Assembly: GCA_013265495.1 (NCBI GenBank)
Contig: MU058153.1
Coordinates: 124,001-188,000, forward strand
Reading direction: 5' to 3'
Source of the DNA: Vicugna vicugna
Lineage: Eukaryota
DNA: 64,000 bases
Shown here: in pieces, positions 1-11,880 of the stretch
Position numbering within the stretch: the stretch's first letter is position 1
Layout: every line of letters begins with the position of its first letter
The notes under the pieces: model-generated
The model's input: only the letters and a program-made list of their open reading frames with translations
Told to the model about the DNA's origin: nothing
The model's database searches: none
Translations under genes and position numbers: made by a program

Positions 1-1089
1 TCCCCCATTTAAAACTCTTCCATTGCCACACTCCAGTCATCTTCAAACACAGCAGTGTTTTTTCCAGCATTAAGGCTCTTCTCTGTGTGAGTCTATGCCA
101 CTAAGGTTTTCCTGGCTTAGCATTTTCCTGCCCTTGAAATCACAGCCAAAACATCACTTTCTAGACACAGCCTCCACTGAGTAAGTGAATACTTCTCCAA
201 GGGCAAACTTGGCATGGAGCTGTGGAGGAGCCTCCTTATAGACTTGCACAGACTTGGAACCTCTCTTGAGTTCCTGCCTTAGCTAACCCAGTTCCCAGCA
301 CTCCCACACCAGTGGTATGGCTTGGATAAGTTCTTGGACTAATTACCCTTCCAGGATAGTTCAAATGTGACTCCTCTTGGTGTTAGTAATAATTTATGAC
401 TCTTATTGTGCCACAAGTCAAACTCAGTGGCTCAAGAAAAGTACAAACTTTGTATACAAAGCATGGGTTACTTTATAGGGTCCTTATTTTTTCAAAAGTG
501 GGGCGGAGTGTTGTCTTAATGGCTCAGTTATACTACGTTGAAGCATAGGAATAAATCCAGATTGTGCTTTAGCACCTGCTGAAAGCCAGGCCTCGATGCT
601 ATCTAACATGTGATGCACTGTCATAAGTCACCCTTACGGAAGACGCTACTTGGAGTAACACAACATGCAGGGGCTCACGCAGGCAGTGCCTGTGGACGTG
701 GACATATTTCCATAGTGTGTTTCCCTCCTGTATTATTTCACCTCCTACGCTACTTACATATTTATAGAAGCCTCTGGTGATTCTTAATGATGTTGTTCAG
801 TTTAGTTTCTTAATAATTTCCTTGGTTTTATGCTAACGTTCCTGCTGTTGATTGTTCTCTTATTTTAATTATGCTTCATTCTAAGCGGCACTTCTGGGAG
901 TGGGCTGAAGTTTTCACTGCAGTGTATTACAAATGAAAATGATTTTTAAAATCCCACGAAGTGTAAAATGCCAACCATTTGCACTTTGGCAGGGGTAGGT
1001 GGGTAGGGCCTTATCAATACTGGGAAAGTTACATTTCTTGGCTATAGGGATTGATGGCCAACTCTAGTAAGTTAGCTAATAAAAATGAT

Positions 1090-1335
1090 GGCGGCTAACA
1101 TGTGTTGGACATGAACTGCAGGCAGAGACTTGGTTAGGTGCTTTACGTTGATTCTTTCATTAAATCCTCACCACAACCCTCTGAGGCCTAAGTTATTAAT
1201 GTGCCCATTGGACTCACATGGAAACAGAAGCCTAGAGAATTTCAGACTTGTGTCCAGAGACATGCATAGCCAAGCAGTGGTGAGAAAGGAGGCCTCTTCT
1301 GACTCCACAGCACATGCTTTTAACCACTCTGCTCT
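1090..1335 (-). mobile_element. MIR SINE fossil
   Basis: Antisense MIR core: 'tcattaaatcctcaccacaaccctctgagg...ggaaacagaagcctagagaa...acttgtgtccagagacatgcatagccaag'. Confidence 0.75.
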
Positions 1336-1559
1336 GCTTTCTTTCAAGTTAAGGGAAATATCAATCCATCATAAATGTTAGAAGAGAAAAACACACCTAT
1401 CACTCCAATCTTTTTCTTGCTTATAAGCACGGGGGATTTTTTTTTTAATCATTTTGTTGTTTAAGGATTAAACATTTAAGAAGAGATAGTTGCAGTGTTC
1501 AAGGCTAAAGAGAAATCAAATCATTCTTACCCAAACTTGGATAAAATATTATGTTCAAA

Positions 1560-1800
1560 AGAACGTAACTTTGGAATCACAGAGTCCTGATTTTGAATGC
1601 TGTATTCCTATATACAGGACACCGGGCATCTACTTAAACTCTCTGAATTTCGACTCCTGTCTCTGTAGGTGGAATTAATAACAATAGTTAGATAAATAGA
1701 TGATAGATGGGTACATAGATAGAGATTGTAAGCACCAGATGCAGTAATACATAGACAATGCCTCACACAGTGTCTGTCATGTATTTGCCTAATCATTATT
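1560..1800 (+). mobile_element. MIR SINE interrupted by a degenerate (GATA)n tract (~1688-1727)
   Basis: 'ctttggaatcacagagtcctgattttgaat...tacttaaactctctgaatttc...' followed by a MIR-like tail 'caatgcctcacacag...tcattattatt'. Confidence 0.6.
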
Positions 1801-1974
1801 ATTCTCCCCTATGCTCTATTTCTGTTTCTATTCATAGAACTATAAGCAAATAATTCCTTATTTTTTCTCTTTTAGACATCACCTAAGACCAATAAATGTC
1901 CTTGGGGCTGACCACCAATCACTTCATTGGCCCCAACAATCAACTTCAACTGTTGGTCTCCTTACTATCCCTTT

Positions 1975-2385
1975 AATTTATCAGGCACACTCCCTACCTG
2001 GGGTCTCTGCCTTGGTTATTCTTTCTGCCTGGAATGATCTTCCCTAGGCATCCACTTACCTTCCTCCTTCATCTTCAAGTCTTTGCTCAAACATCGCCTT
2101 CTCAGTGGAGGCTTTTCTGATCGTCCTGTTCAAAGTTGCACATGCATACCCCTCACTCTACCTGAGTGCCTCCTGGGCTCGATTCCCCTTAATATATTTA
2201 TGTGTAGTTTCGTGTTTTGTTTATTTTATGTCTTTCCCATGCCCTGGCACAGAAACCCCATGAGCACAAGAATGTCTGTCTGTTTTGTTCATTGGTTTAT
2301 TCCCGGTCTAGGACAGTATCTGGTACTGGTATAGTAGATGCTTAGTAAATATTTGTTGAATCAATGAAAAAATAAATGAATGATT
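1975..2385 (+). mobile_element. L2 LINE 3' end
   Basis: 'ttctttctgcctggaatgatcttcc...tttgctcaaacatcgccttctcagtggaggcttttctga...tagtagatgcttagtaaatatttgttgaatcaatgaa', a typical L2 3' terminus. Confidence 0.8.
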
Positions 2386-2769
2386 CCCAAATGAATTCTT
2401 TCAATAGAAAAATCAAAGGAAGTAAAGACAACTATAAAATGTGTTGAACTGAACACTTCAAGGGAACAGATGAAAGGCTGAAGTATGACTACAAGCAGAG
2501 GTATGTTATTAGGATAGTTTAGTATTTTGGATGGCAATAGGAAGGCAGCAGGGTAGGATTTTTTTTTTTAAATTGTAACCATGATAGATAAAATAAAATG
2601 AATTTCAAAGGAAAAAGAATTGGACATCCAGTGATGCATCTATTCTTTAAAAGCCCATAGAATTTTCTATGAATCCATGTAAAAATAATACTGTAATGAC
2701 TTATGCCATTTTTCCCCATTTCTGTTTGTGTCATGTATAGTGTATAGCGGAGATTAAAGAACTTGAGCT

Positions 2770-2995
2770 CACAATGCAAGTGAAATTTAATTATACTAGA
2801 TCCAAATCTGGGTGCCTCCACTTTTTTGCCTCTTAAAATTCGGACAAGTTGGCGAAGTCTACAGGTTCCTCTTCTGTAAGCAGGGATAATAGCAATCACT
2901 ACCTCATAGGGTCGTTGGGAGGGATTGAAGTAGGTAACATGTGTAAGGGGTTTAAGAACAGGCATCTGACTCACAGTATGTGCTCAACAGTTCAG
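2770..2995 (+). mobile_element. MIR SINE fossil
   Basis: 'ttcctcttctgtaagcagggataatagcaatcactacctcatagggtcgttgggagggattgaa' matches the MIR core. Confidence 0.8.
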
Positions 2996-3094
2996 ATATT
3001 ATAAATTATGTCTTTGTTTCCTCCAGTAGACTATAAGCGCCAGGAAAACAAGGACTGTAACTATTTCTTGCTCATTATTGTATCCCTAGAAGAT

Positions 3095-3230
3095 GATTTT
3101 ATATATATATATTCATTCATTTTATAGATATGTACCTATATCTGTATATAATGTTTATAGTGAATGAATATATATATAACAATATATATTCATACATATA
3201 CACATATATATAAAATGAACAAATATGTGA
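3095..3230. repeat. Degenerate (TA)n-rich simple repeat
   Basis: Runs of atatatatat, tatatata and catatata. Confidence 0.7.
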
Positions 3231-3454
3231 GATACTATGATAGGAGGTAAGCAGAGATACAAAAAGACTAAGGAATATCAGTACTCAAGGAACTTACAAT
3301 ATGATAGAGTAAAGAAGAGATATGAGAAGGTAGGGCGGATGGTTTGAGGGTTCTTTAAAAATGATGTCCTAACCAGCAGTGATGAGATAACTGTAAATCT
3401 TCAAAAATCATCTAAGGATGACCTCTCACATCTGTTTACTTATAAGTTAGCATT

Positions 3455-3620
3455 GTGGGTGTAGTGGTTTTAAAACATGTACACAAAGTCTTTGATACTT
3501 CCCACTTCCAGAAACAGAGCCTAATTCCCCTCTCCTGGATCTGGTGACTTACTCTTGGTGGATGAAGTGGAAGCGACAGTGCACACCTACCGAGACCAGG
3601 TCATAAAAGGCACTGGGGCA
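3455..3620 (+). mobile_element. MaLR (MLT1-type) LTR 5' fragment
   Basis: 'tgtagtggttttaaaacatgtacacaaagtctttgatacttccc...agagcctaattcccctctcc...ggtcataaaaggc' resembles an MLT1E/F start. Confidence 0.55.
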
Positions 3621-3994
3621 AAAAAAATTATTGTTCTTAACTGAATCTTTAAAAACTTACCATGTATTTATGCTTCGTTTCTCCTCCTAAGTTGTAAATT
3701 CCTTAAACGGCTCAGCCTTGCCCAGGTCTTTTGTCCCAGCGTCTAGCACAGGACCTGACAAATAGCGGGCACTTAGAGTGTATTTGATTGGTTACCGTCT
3801 CCATGTTCTTATGATGCTCCTCTTGATTAGAAAAATAATTTCATGAATTGAAATGGTGATTTGGGGGTCATTTTACTAGGTTAAAAATAGAAACTTGAAA
3901 AGAAATGCCAGAGAACACGGAAGTGGGATTCAGAAAGCTCCATCTCAATGATTGATCATGTTGTGATTAATTTGACAGAAAAGGAATCACCTAG

Positions 3995-4111
3995 GAGGAG
4001 GAGGGGATAGCTCAGTGGTAGAGTGCTTGCCTGGCATGCATAAGGTCCTGGGTTCAATCCCCAGTACCTCCATCAACCAACATAAACAAACAAACCTAAC
4101 CCCCCCCCCAA
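3995..4111 (+). mobile_element. tRNA-derived SINE (camelid Vic-type) with ~16-bp TSD
   Basis: A-box 'tagctcagtgg', B-box 'ggttcaatccc', tail 'aaacaaacaaacctaacccccc'. Flanked by aaaaggaatcacctag (3979-3994) and aaaaggaattacccag (4112-4127), which differ at 2 positions. Confidence 0.9.
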
Positions 4112-6410
4112 AAAAGGAATTACCCAGCTGATCTGCAGAATGTGGTGATACAGAGCATAAGAGCTGAATCTTGGTTTCTTCTCCTGTTCTGTACGGATGA
4201 TAAAAATAGTGTTATTTTGAGGGAAAAGTAAGATAATCTCTGTGGAGTGCTCAATACACGTCAAGTACTATTATTTTTTGTGTTTACCTTTCTCTTCAGC
4301 CTCTAGTTCCTCCATTCAAGGGCATGTATTCACCTAAATGTCCCTCTAGACATCTCTTGTGGTAGTGTTTTCTACCCACTGAAGACCCCTTTACCACCCA
4401 GAGAGGGCCTTAAATATATGCTCTATAAGGAAGCAAGGCATAGAGATTGGCATATTCATATCTGAAACAGTGTAACTGGGAAGATGACATTTAATATGCT
4501 TCCAAAGCTACAGCCAGTGTCTGGAACATCCCAAGATGAGACGAAAAAGAAAGAGATGACTAGACATGGAGAGAAATTTGAAAAAAGAAAAAATTACTGC
4601 CCAGAGGTTCATATTCATGCAAAGTTTAAATCCTCTGGTCATCAACTTCGCAGAGGGATCAGAGTAAACATGCAGCATACTATTGGTATTTGCATTTTTA
4701 TATGAACAATTGTTTAATGATGTCACAGAGAAATGTTAACTAATTTCATTTTTAATTAGTTTCAGGGTGTAGAAGAATTAGAAGTGATTATATTTAGAAC
4801 TTATTTAATTAAAATGGATAAACTGTATTTCAAGTGCACAGTATAGATAATCTCACTGAGTTCTACTCCTGGCTATACTACTGATTTAATTAATAGGAAG
4901 CGTTGCAGCATACTAATGAGGAGGAGGTAGAAACCACTGCCTTCTCCCTCTATTGTGATTGCAAGCCATTCTGGGTTCTGGATACGTGGACAGTTGATAC
5001 TGAAGGCAGGAAGTGTTTATTATTCAGTGCAGTATGCTGCAGTGACATTTCTTATCATTTCAGCATAACTGTGCCAGAGGGTCTGTAAATAGTATTTGCC
5101 AAAGGCAATTTCACACATTCATAATATTCTTTGATGTCTGGACGGGACCCAACTGACAGAGCCCCCGAGGCTATCTTTCTGCTTCTCCTGCAGGTGATAA
5201 ACCAGTGTGGGGCTTTGCAGAAAAACAAAACAAGCTCAAGGAATTTCATTTAGTAATTTCTGAATTAGATTCACCTTAAGGAAGCCAATGCTTAGCAGAT
5301 AGTGGCCATTTAATAGGTAGTTACTGAGTGAGGGGGAGGGCAACTCACATCAAGGTCGTGGAGAATAATCTCCATTAGGAACTTTACCATTGAGAAACGT
5401 TCTGGGCAGATGTGACTTTATGTTACTTCTGCTTACAAGAGAGGAGATGGGAAAATGAAACTCTCATTCTTGGGATTATGAATAATATTTAATAAAGAAT
5501 TAATATTTATTGAGCTCTGTCTATTCACTGGTTAAACAAAATTTTGTTCATTTAGTCACCCAATTATGGCAACAGACCTATGATGTAGATGAGAAAACTT
5601 AGTTACAGATAGATTAACCAAGAGCACACAGCTAGTAAGTGGTAGATCATTAAAAATATAAAACCCTGCATATATATCTGATCATTTACCAACATACGGT
5701 GTGTTCTGGTCCCAAGTTACCCTGTCTAACCTCTCTGACCCGTAAAATTACCCTGTACATTTTTTTCCTAAAATACACAATTTTTGAAGTTGTTTTTTTT
5801 GTATTTGTGATTTTTATTTGTTTTTATATTCATATTTATTACTTGTCTCTGCCCAGTAGAATATAAATTTCAAGACAACATGAATTTGTTTTATTCTTTG
5901 CTTTCTCCATAACATCAAGAATACTCCCTGAAGATGATTAGGCAGTCAGTAAATATTTATTAAACCCATTGATTAATGACATGAAAGTCTCACAAAGTAT
6001 TCTTGGAGATGAGTGTCATATCTTATTCTTAAGATAAAAGAGTGACAGAGACACAAAATTTAATTCCCCAAATAGTGTCAAAATCTGAAAACTACATTGT
6101 GCTCCAAATGAGGGCCAACATTTTTGTTTTCTTACTTTCTGAGCACTCTTGGGAGAAAAACTACCTTGCATATAGGTTTTCGAACATCCAGACAATGTGG
6201 CTGGTGGTTAGGAAAAAAAAAAAAAAAGACACTTTAGTGGCAGTTGTGGGTTTGAGTCCCAGCCCCGTTACTTCTTTGTTCTCTAACTTTGGAAAAGTTA
6301 CATTACTTTACATCCTTGAGTCCTAGTTTCTTTTTCTGTGGCATGAAATTTCAGAAATTCCACCTTTCTCATCTTGCCAACTCATCCAAGTAGACGGTGA
6401 CTTACAGTCT

Positions 6411-7036
6411 TGATGCAGAAAAACAGATGTGGGGCGTGAGGAGGGCGATGTCCCAGGCTTCGGTTGAGCCCCTGGGACGTGCCCCACCAGGTGTGGGTCC
6501 TCGGCTTTGCACAGGAAAGAATTCACGAGCGAGCCACAGTTGAGTAAAGGTAGATTTATTCGGAGAGGTACACTGAAAGGCAAGAGAAAGGCCATGAGGT
6601 GTGGAGGTTGGGTGCTCAGATTAAAAGTAGGTACACACTCCACAGACAGAGTGTGAGCCATCTCCAAAAGGGAGCGAGGGGCAGCCTTGAGTCACTGTGT
6701 TGCTAGTTTTTAATGGGCTTGGCGGCTTCATATGCTAATAAGTGGAAGGACCCGTCTAACTAGCCTGGGGAAGGGGCTGGGATTCCCAGGAAGTTGGCCA
6801 TTTCCCACTCTGATCTTTTGTGGCTAAAGGCCTTGGGACTGCCATGGGCCTGTGGGTGTGTTATTTACCATGTTACTATATTACAATGGGCTATAATGAA
6901 GCTCAAGATCTACTAGAAGTTAAATCTCTCATCATCCTGAGCCTCGAGGCCTACTGGGGGTTGAATCTTGCACAGTTTTGATGTTAACTGCTGTAGCATT
7001 CCTTGAATGGCTGTGCCCTGCCCCCTTCCTGTCTCA
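6411..7036 (-). mobile_element. Solo LTR of an ERV1-class endogenous retrovirus
   Basis: TG...CA termini; perfect 4-bp TSD GTCT (6407-6410 and 7037-7040); minus-strand AATAAA at 6555-6560; TATA-like ATTAAAAA near 6706-6713; more GC/CpG-rich than the flanks. Confidence 0.88.
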
Positions 7037-9459
7037 GTCTCATCGTCTACAGTTTGTCTCTCCCTCCACCAGGTTAATTTTTTTTAAAGCCCCACTTTCA
7101 TCATATGACATCCATACTGAGTTACATACTATGTTTTGAATAAACGTATTTTGAATTTTATTTTATGTTGCATTTTATATTGAATAATAACCAGTCTCTT
7201 CAACCTGGCATTCAAGTCCTTCTGTCACCTGATACTCCTTTTATCTATTCAAATTTATCTCTCTCTGCTGCAAGACAGCAGAAGTAATAGTACGCAATAG
7301 CAAGCAAAAATGATAGTAAGCAATCCTTACTATTTCTCTTACTTTTTTATGTTTGTTTCACTTTGTTAAGTTTTTGTTTCACTTTGTTTATTTGTTGGAT
7401 CATCTGCAAAGACAGTTTGGCTCTGCTTTTAAAAATATATATGATTCTTACAAATGTATAATGTAGATGGTGATCAGCATTGTCTTAAAAATGGTAACTA
7501 GGGTTACATGGGAGGAAGAAGATTAAAACAAGAATTTCGGATGAATCGCACAGTTGCAATGAATGAAGTGGGGGCACATCACTAGGCCTTTTCTTATGCC
7601 AAAAACCCATCTCCAGCCTCTAAGGAGAGCAGATCCTGTCATTTATTTTTATCCAAGAAAAAGTAGGGAACGTATCAGAATTGACTAAGGATGCTGTATT
7701 ATGTGCTTTTATAACCTCAACCCTGAACACTCAGAATGTCCTGAAATAGGGGGAGTGCCTCACCACCGTTACCTGAGACCTGAATACCTGGAGTTTGAAA
7801 ATCTCCGGCAGCAAACATCATTACACACGTGCCCCCTCAGTGAAGTCAGCTGTGCCCAGTCTCTTGAGCAGCACCAAGGAACTGGCTCAGCTCTGCCAAT
7901 ACGAGCATCTGCCGGTGATGCCACTCTTTAGTTTTATAAACATTCAAAGATATATCCACTCGAATTGTTGAGTTCTTTAGCAAACATCTCTGTAAAGACA
8001 GACACCTTGGGTGGTGAGAACAAGCATTGCAACCACTTGAAAATAACAGCAGAGGGGTTTTTCTTCAAGTCTCCCTCCCCAATGAACATTAAGCCTCCTT
8101 TTCTTGAAAAGAAGGAACAAATCAAGCACTGAATTCTCATTTCTCAGCTTCACATTAGTGGCAGCGGCAGGTTGGAAAGTGTCTTTGGGGGCAGTTTGAT
8201 GCTTGTTTCTCTTTCTGAGAAAAACTGCATTAGACCAAAAAATGCCCCTGAGATTTAATTATCTTTGTATATTATTTTTCTCTACAAAGACACTTACTTC
8301 TTTTATTGTGTTGCTCTGTTAAAAAAAATCTTTAGTAGATGTGTTTTTTTTTCTAATGGTAAAGGCAGTATAACTTCAAAGATGGAATGCTGTGCCTTTC
8401 TTGTCTTTGACAAAAGGGGCTGAGTGCTTTGAATACTTTCAAGGTGACATAAATGTTTGGGGTCAAGATGGGGATGGAAAAGGTCTGAAATATGGAAATT
8501 GGGGTATCGCCCCTTCAGATGTCTCATACTTTTTGCCTTCGTCTTTAGATCTATTTTGATTGCTGGTAACACAAGCATTTAGGTTATTCAAAGGAGAGCT
8601 CTTTTTTTTTTTTTTTTTTTATAGAAGTCGTTTTCACAGGCCGAGTGGATACGGATGTAAATGGGATTTAGGACTCAACTCAAGCCAAAGACTGTAAAAT
8701 GAGAGGGAACCAAGGAAATTCTCCTCTTGGTTTTTCATCTCTGCTTCTCTTTGTGCATCTGTTGTTATTATTTTAGTTCTTTCCCCTTCCAGGTTCTCCA
8801 ATGCACCTGGCGGCATATGGCCACCATCAAATGTGGCTAAGTTTATGACGTCACCACTCAGCCAGATGGAGATGCTCATGTTCCCTCAACTTTAAATTTC
8901 CAGAGAAGACTTTTGATTAGTCTAGTCTGGAGTGCCCATTGTCTGTCTGTTTGCGAATTGTATCCAGGAGTCAGAGTCCAACCAGGAAACTCATGGCTGT
9001 TTTTAATCACGTGGATAAGGAGAAGGGGAAAGGCAAAGAAAAATAATCAGGATAGTAACCTGAAAACTAGGGGTTGAGAAAGAAGGAAGACAGAGACAAA
9101 ACAGTAAGTATTATTACAATAATATTACTACTCATTGTGGTTGGCAACTATTTACCTGAAAATAAGAAAGAGGCTAGAGGGAATATTTTAGGCATAAGGC
9201 TAAGTGGTTCAATTTTGTATTTTGAGCAATGTGGTAGTCTATCAGAGGAAGCCTCTGAATACTTATTCAGGTGGTAATTAATGCATTCCACAATCTTTCC
9301 TGTTCATTCGTTCATTCATCCATGTATTCACAATGAAAGTCCTTTTGTTTGTTTATTGAAGGGATCCAGGGTTAGAACGAGATATAGGAGTATTTAGGGA
9401 GAGATGCCCCCAGAATAAATCTCAAGGATAGCGGATGGGTTGGACAGGGTATGGTAACT

Positions 9460-9770
9460 ACTAACCACACACACACACACACAATTACAGTGGTTCAACA
9501 CAAAAACTCTATCTGAGATGGGCAGGAGCCCTGTTTAGAATTTAGAGAGTCAGGCTCTTTCTAGCTAATGACTCTGCCACTCATTAGGCCCCCAGAATGT
9601 TCTACTGGCCCCTCTGCGTCCAGCCAGCTGATGAGTGTAGAGAGAATGGGAAGAGCTCCTGGGAAGTTTTAAGGACCAGGCCTAGAAATGGCCTCCTTCT
9701 CCCCCTCCCACATTCCATTGCTCAGAATGCCCTGGTAGGCATCTGAGTCCCAGGAGGCCAGGGGAGGGGA
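9460..9770 (-). mobile_element. Old MaLR (MLT1K-like) LTR fragment with a (CA)n repeat at its start
   Basis: 'agtggttcaacacaaaaact...ccaggcctagaaatggcc...cacattccattgctcagaa' resembles antisense MLT1. Confidence 0.5.
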
Positions 9771-9984
9771 TCTGCCCACGCGCTCAGGAGGATGAAAGAC
9801 TAGTGTTGCGGCATATGCCCTGGGCCGGGCGTTTTAGACGGATACTCTCGGTATTTCTTCCAGGTGCACTGCTCCCTGTGGGAAATGAAACTACAAGGCC
9901 GGGGTCCAAGGGTGCCTGGGGTGCTGGAATTCTCTGGAAAAAAAAAAAAAGTCCTTGTCATTATTTCCAGGGGCAGCTTGGTGC

Positions 9985-10450
9985 GCAGCCCTGGGTTCAT
10001 CTTCCCAAAGGCCGATGGTGCCCCCTTAAGTGCATATCCTTAGGTCTCGGGGGAGCCGAGTGCCGGCCATTTGTGAAACATTCGGGTGAAACTTGCATGA
10101 TGGGACCAGGTGTGCACGACGCCCCTCATGGAGTTCAGGTTGGCTGTGGGCAGAGGCCCCACCTGACAAGTCGGGGGAGGCCATGGTAGAGGGATGGGGG
10201 CCTGGGCACAGGTCTTCTCATGTGGCCAGGTTCCAGCATGGAGCTCTGAGGAGTCCAAGAACTCTAAATGCAAATCTGGCTTGTCATATTGTTATGGATG
10301 TATTTGATAATGTAGGAAGCTAGGATATATTTTGTTTAGCAGGTTGTCAGCTTAGTCTATTACCCTTAAACACTGAGTGTTTATGTGTTGTATGTGGGTC
10401 TCCACCCGCACTCTTGCCCGGGGCCCTGAAAATATTAGGGATGCTCCTTG
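9985..10450. mobile_element. Possible hAT-Tip100-like DNA transposon remnant
   Basis: GC-rich block ending 'ctcttgcccggggccctgaaaatattagggatgctcct', similar to recalled Tip100-family termini. Confidence 0.35.
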
Positions 10451-11600
10451 TGTGAGCTCTTGCAGTCTCTGACACAAAGCGCGACCAGGGTCATTTTATG
10501 CTCTGCCTTGCATGCTTCTAAAAGGAAAGGAAATTTTAAAATAGCTCACTTCTATTAGACAAAAATCAAAATTTAATTACTGCATTTCACCAAGCTATAT
10601 TCAATGGACCATTTCTGCTTCTATTACCCTAAGCACTAATAAACTCTAAAAAGCAGCTAATAAACATTCTGGTTCCATTTAATAATAGCTACCTTAAAAA
10701 AAACCAAAACAAACTCTTATATATGCTGGATACTATGCTAAAAAATTACATGCATTATCTCACTGAATTCTAACAACTGCATTAACTGAGTAGTATTCCT
10801 GTTTGACAAATCAGGAAACATACGCTGAGGCAGGAAATAGCAGGTTTAGAACTCAGATTCAAGTTTACCAGAATTTTTCAGTCTTTCCAGCAATGGCACA
10901 GCACTGTCTTAGACTGGAACAGCTCTCAGATATCAGAAAATCCAGTGCCTTTTTCCCCTTTTTGATTCCTGTATGATCTCTTTCACAGTCCAGCCAGCTA
11001 GTTGATCTGTCTGCATATAGATACTTTCCAGTGACAAGTTTCTTAATGTGTTTAATAAACTAAGAACATTAGCATATGAAAGCAGCAATTTTAAACTTAT
11101 AAACTGTGATGCCTTCATGTGTTTTTAGAGTAAGGAAAAATGGGTGACATTACAGCCAGGGGACTAGGACTTGTATGTAAATCATTGGCCATCGTATTTG
11201 TATTATAGGCTAAAAATTCAAATACTCCAGTGTTAGTGGGCCACCCACATGAGTATTAATTTGGGAAAAATAACTGTATTTAAAATTTAAAGATCCAAAT
11301 TTGTTGAGCTGTCTTTGTGTTTATTTTTCTTTTTGTTATCCAAATAGAGGGATTAGGGAGACACTTGAGTGGAATACGGAGATATTTTTTCTCACCTGTT
11401 GTCTCAATCCAGTCCTCCCTGGAGTGTGTGTGTGTGTGTGTTGTTACTATAAGTAGTGTAATCCTCTAATTTATTATCCAGACGGAGACAATTTTGAGAA
11501 TGAAACAAGACGCCATTTATAATCATGCACCAGCTAAACAGTCCCAGGAAAGTGGAGTCCATGTTCACCCCAGTCAAAAATAAATACAAACAGACCACAA

Positions 11601-11850
11601 CACATATTTATCTGACACGCCCCAAAGGGCAAAATGCAGGGACAGACACAGATTAGTAGTTGCTAGAGGCTGAAGGTGAGGTGAAGAGGTGACAACAGAG
11701 GAGCCCAAGGGAATTGTTGGAGATGATGGAATTGTTCTGTCCTGTGATCATGGTGGTGGCTACGTAACTGTATGCATTTGTCAGGGCACGTAGAACTGTG
11801 CACCAAAAAAGTAAATTTTACTCTGTAAATTATATTAAAATTTTTTTAAA
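11601..11850 (+). mobile_element. L1 (L1MB/MC-type) 3' UTR end
   Basis: 'cagattagtagttgctagaggctg...gatggaattgttctgtcctgtgatcatggtggtggctacgtaactgtatgcatttgtc...gtaaattttactctgtaaattat'. Confidence 0.8.
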
Positions 11851-11880
11851 TATCCTGATTAAGAGATCCCATAACTAGAA

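Noticed and set aside
2519..2974. 151-aa minus-strand ORF
   Set aside because: Runs through a MIR element and a poly-T tract; composition is not protein-like
4003..4072. tRNA-like sequence
   Set aside because: It has a SINE tail and TSD and a degenerate cloverleaf; it is a SINE head, not a tRNA gene
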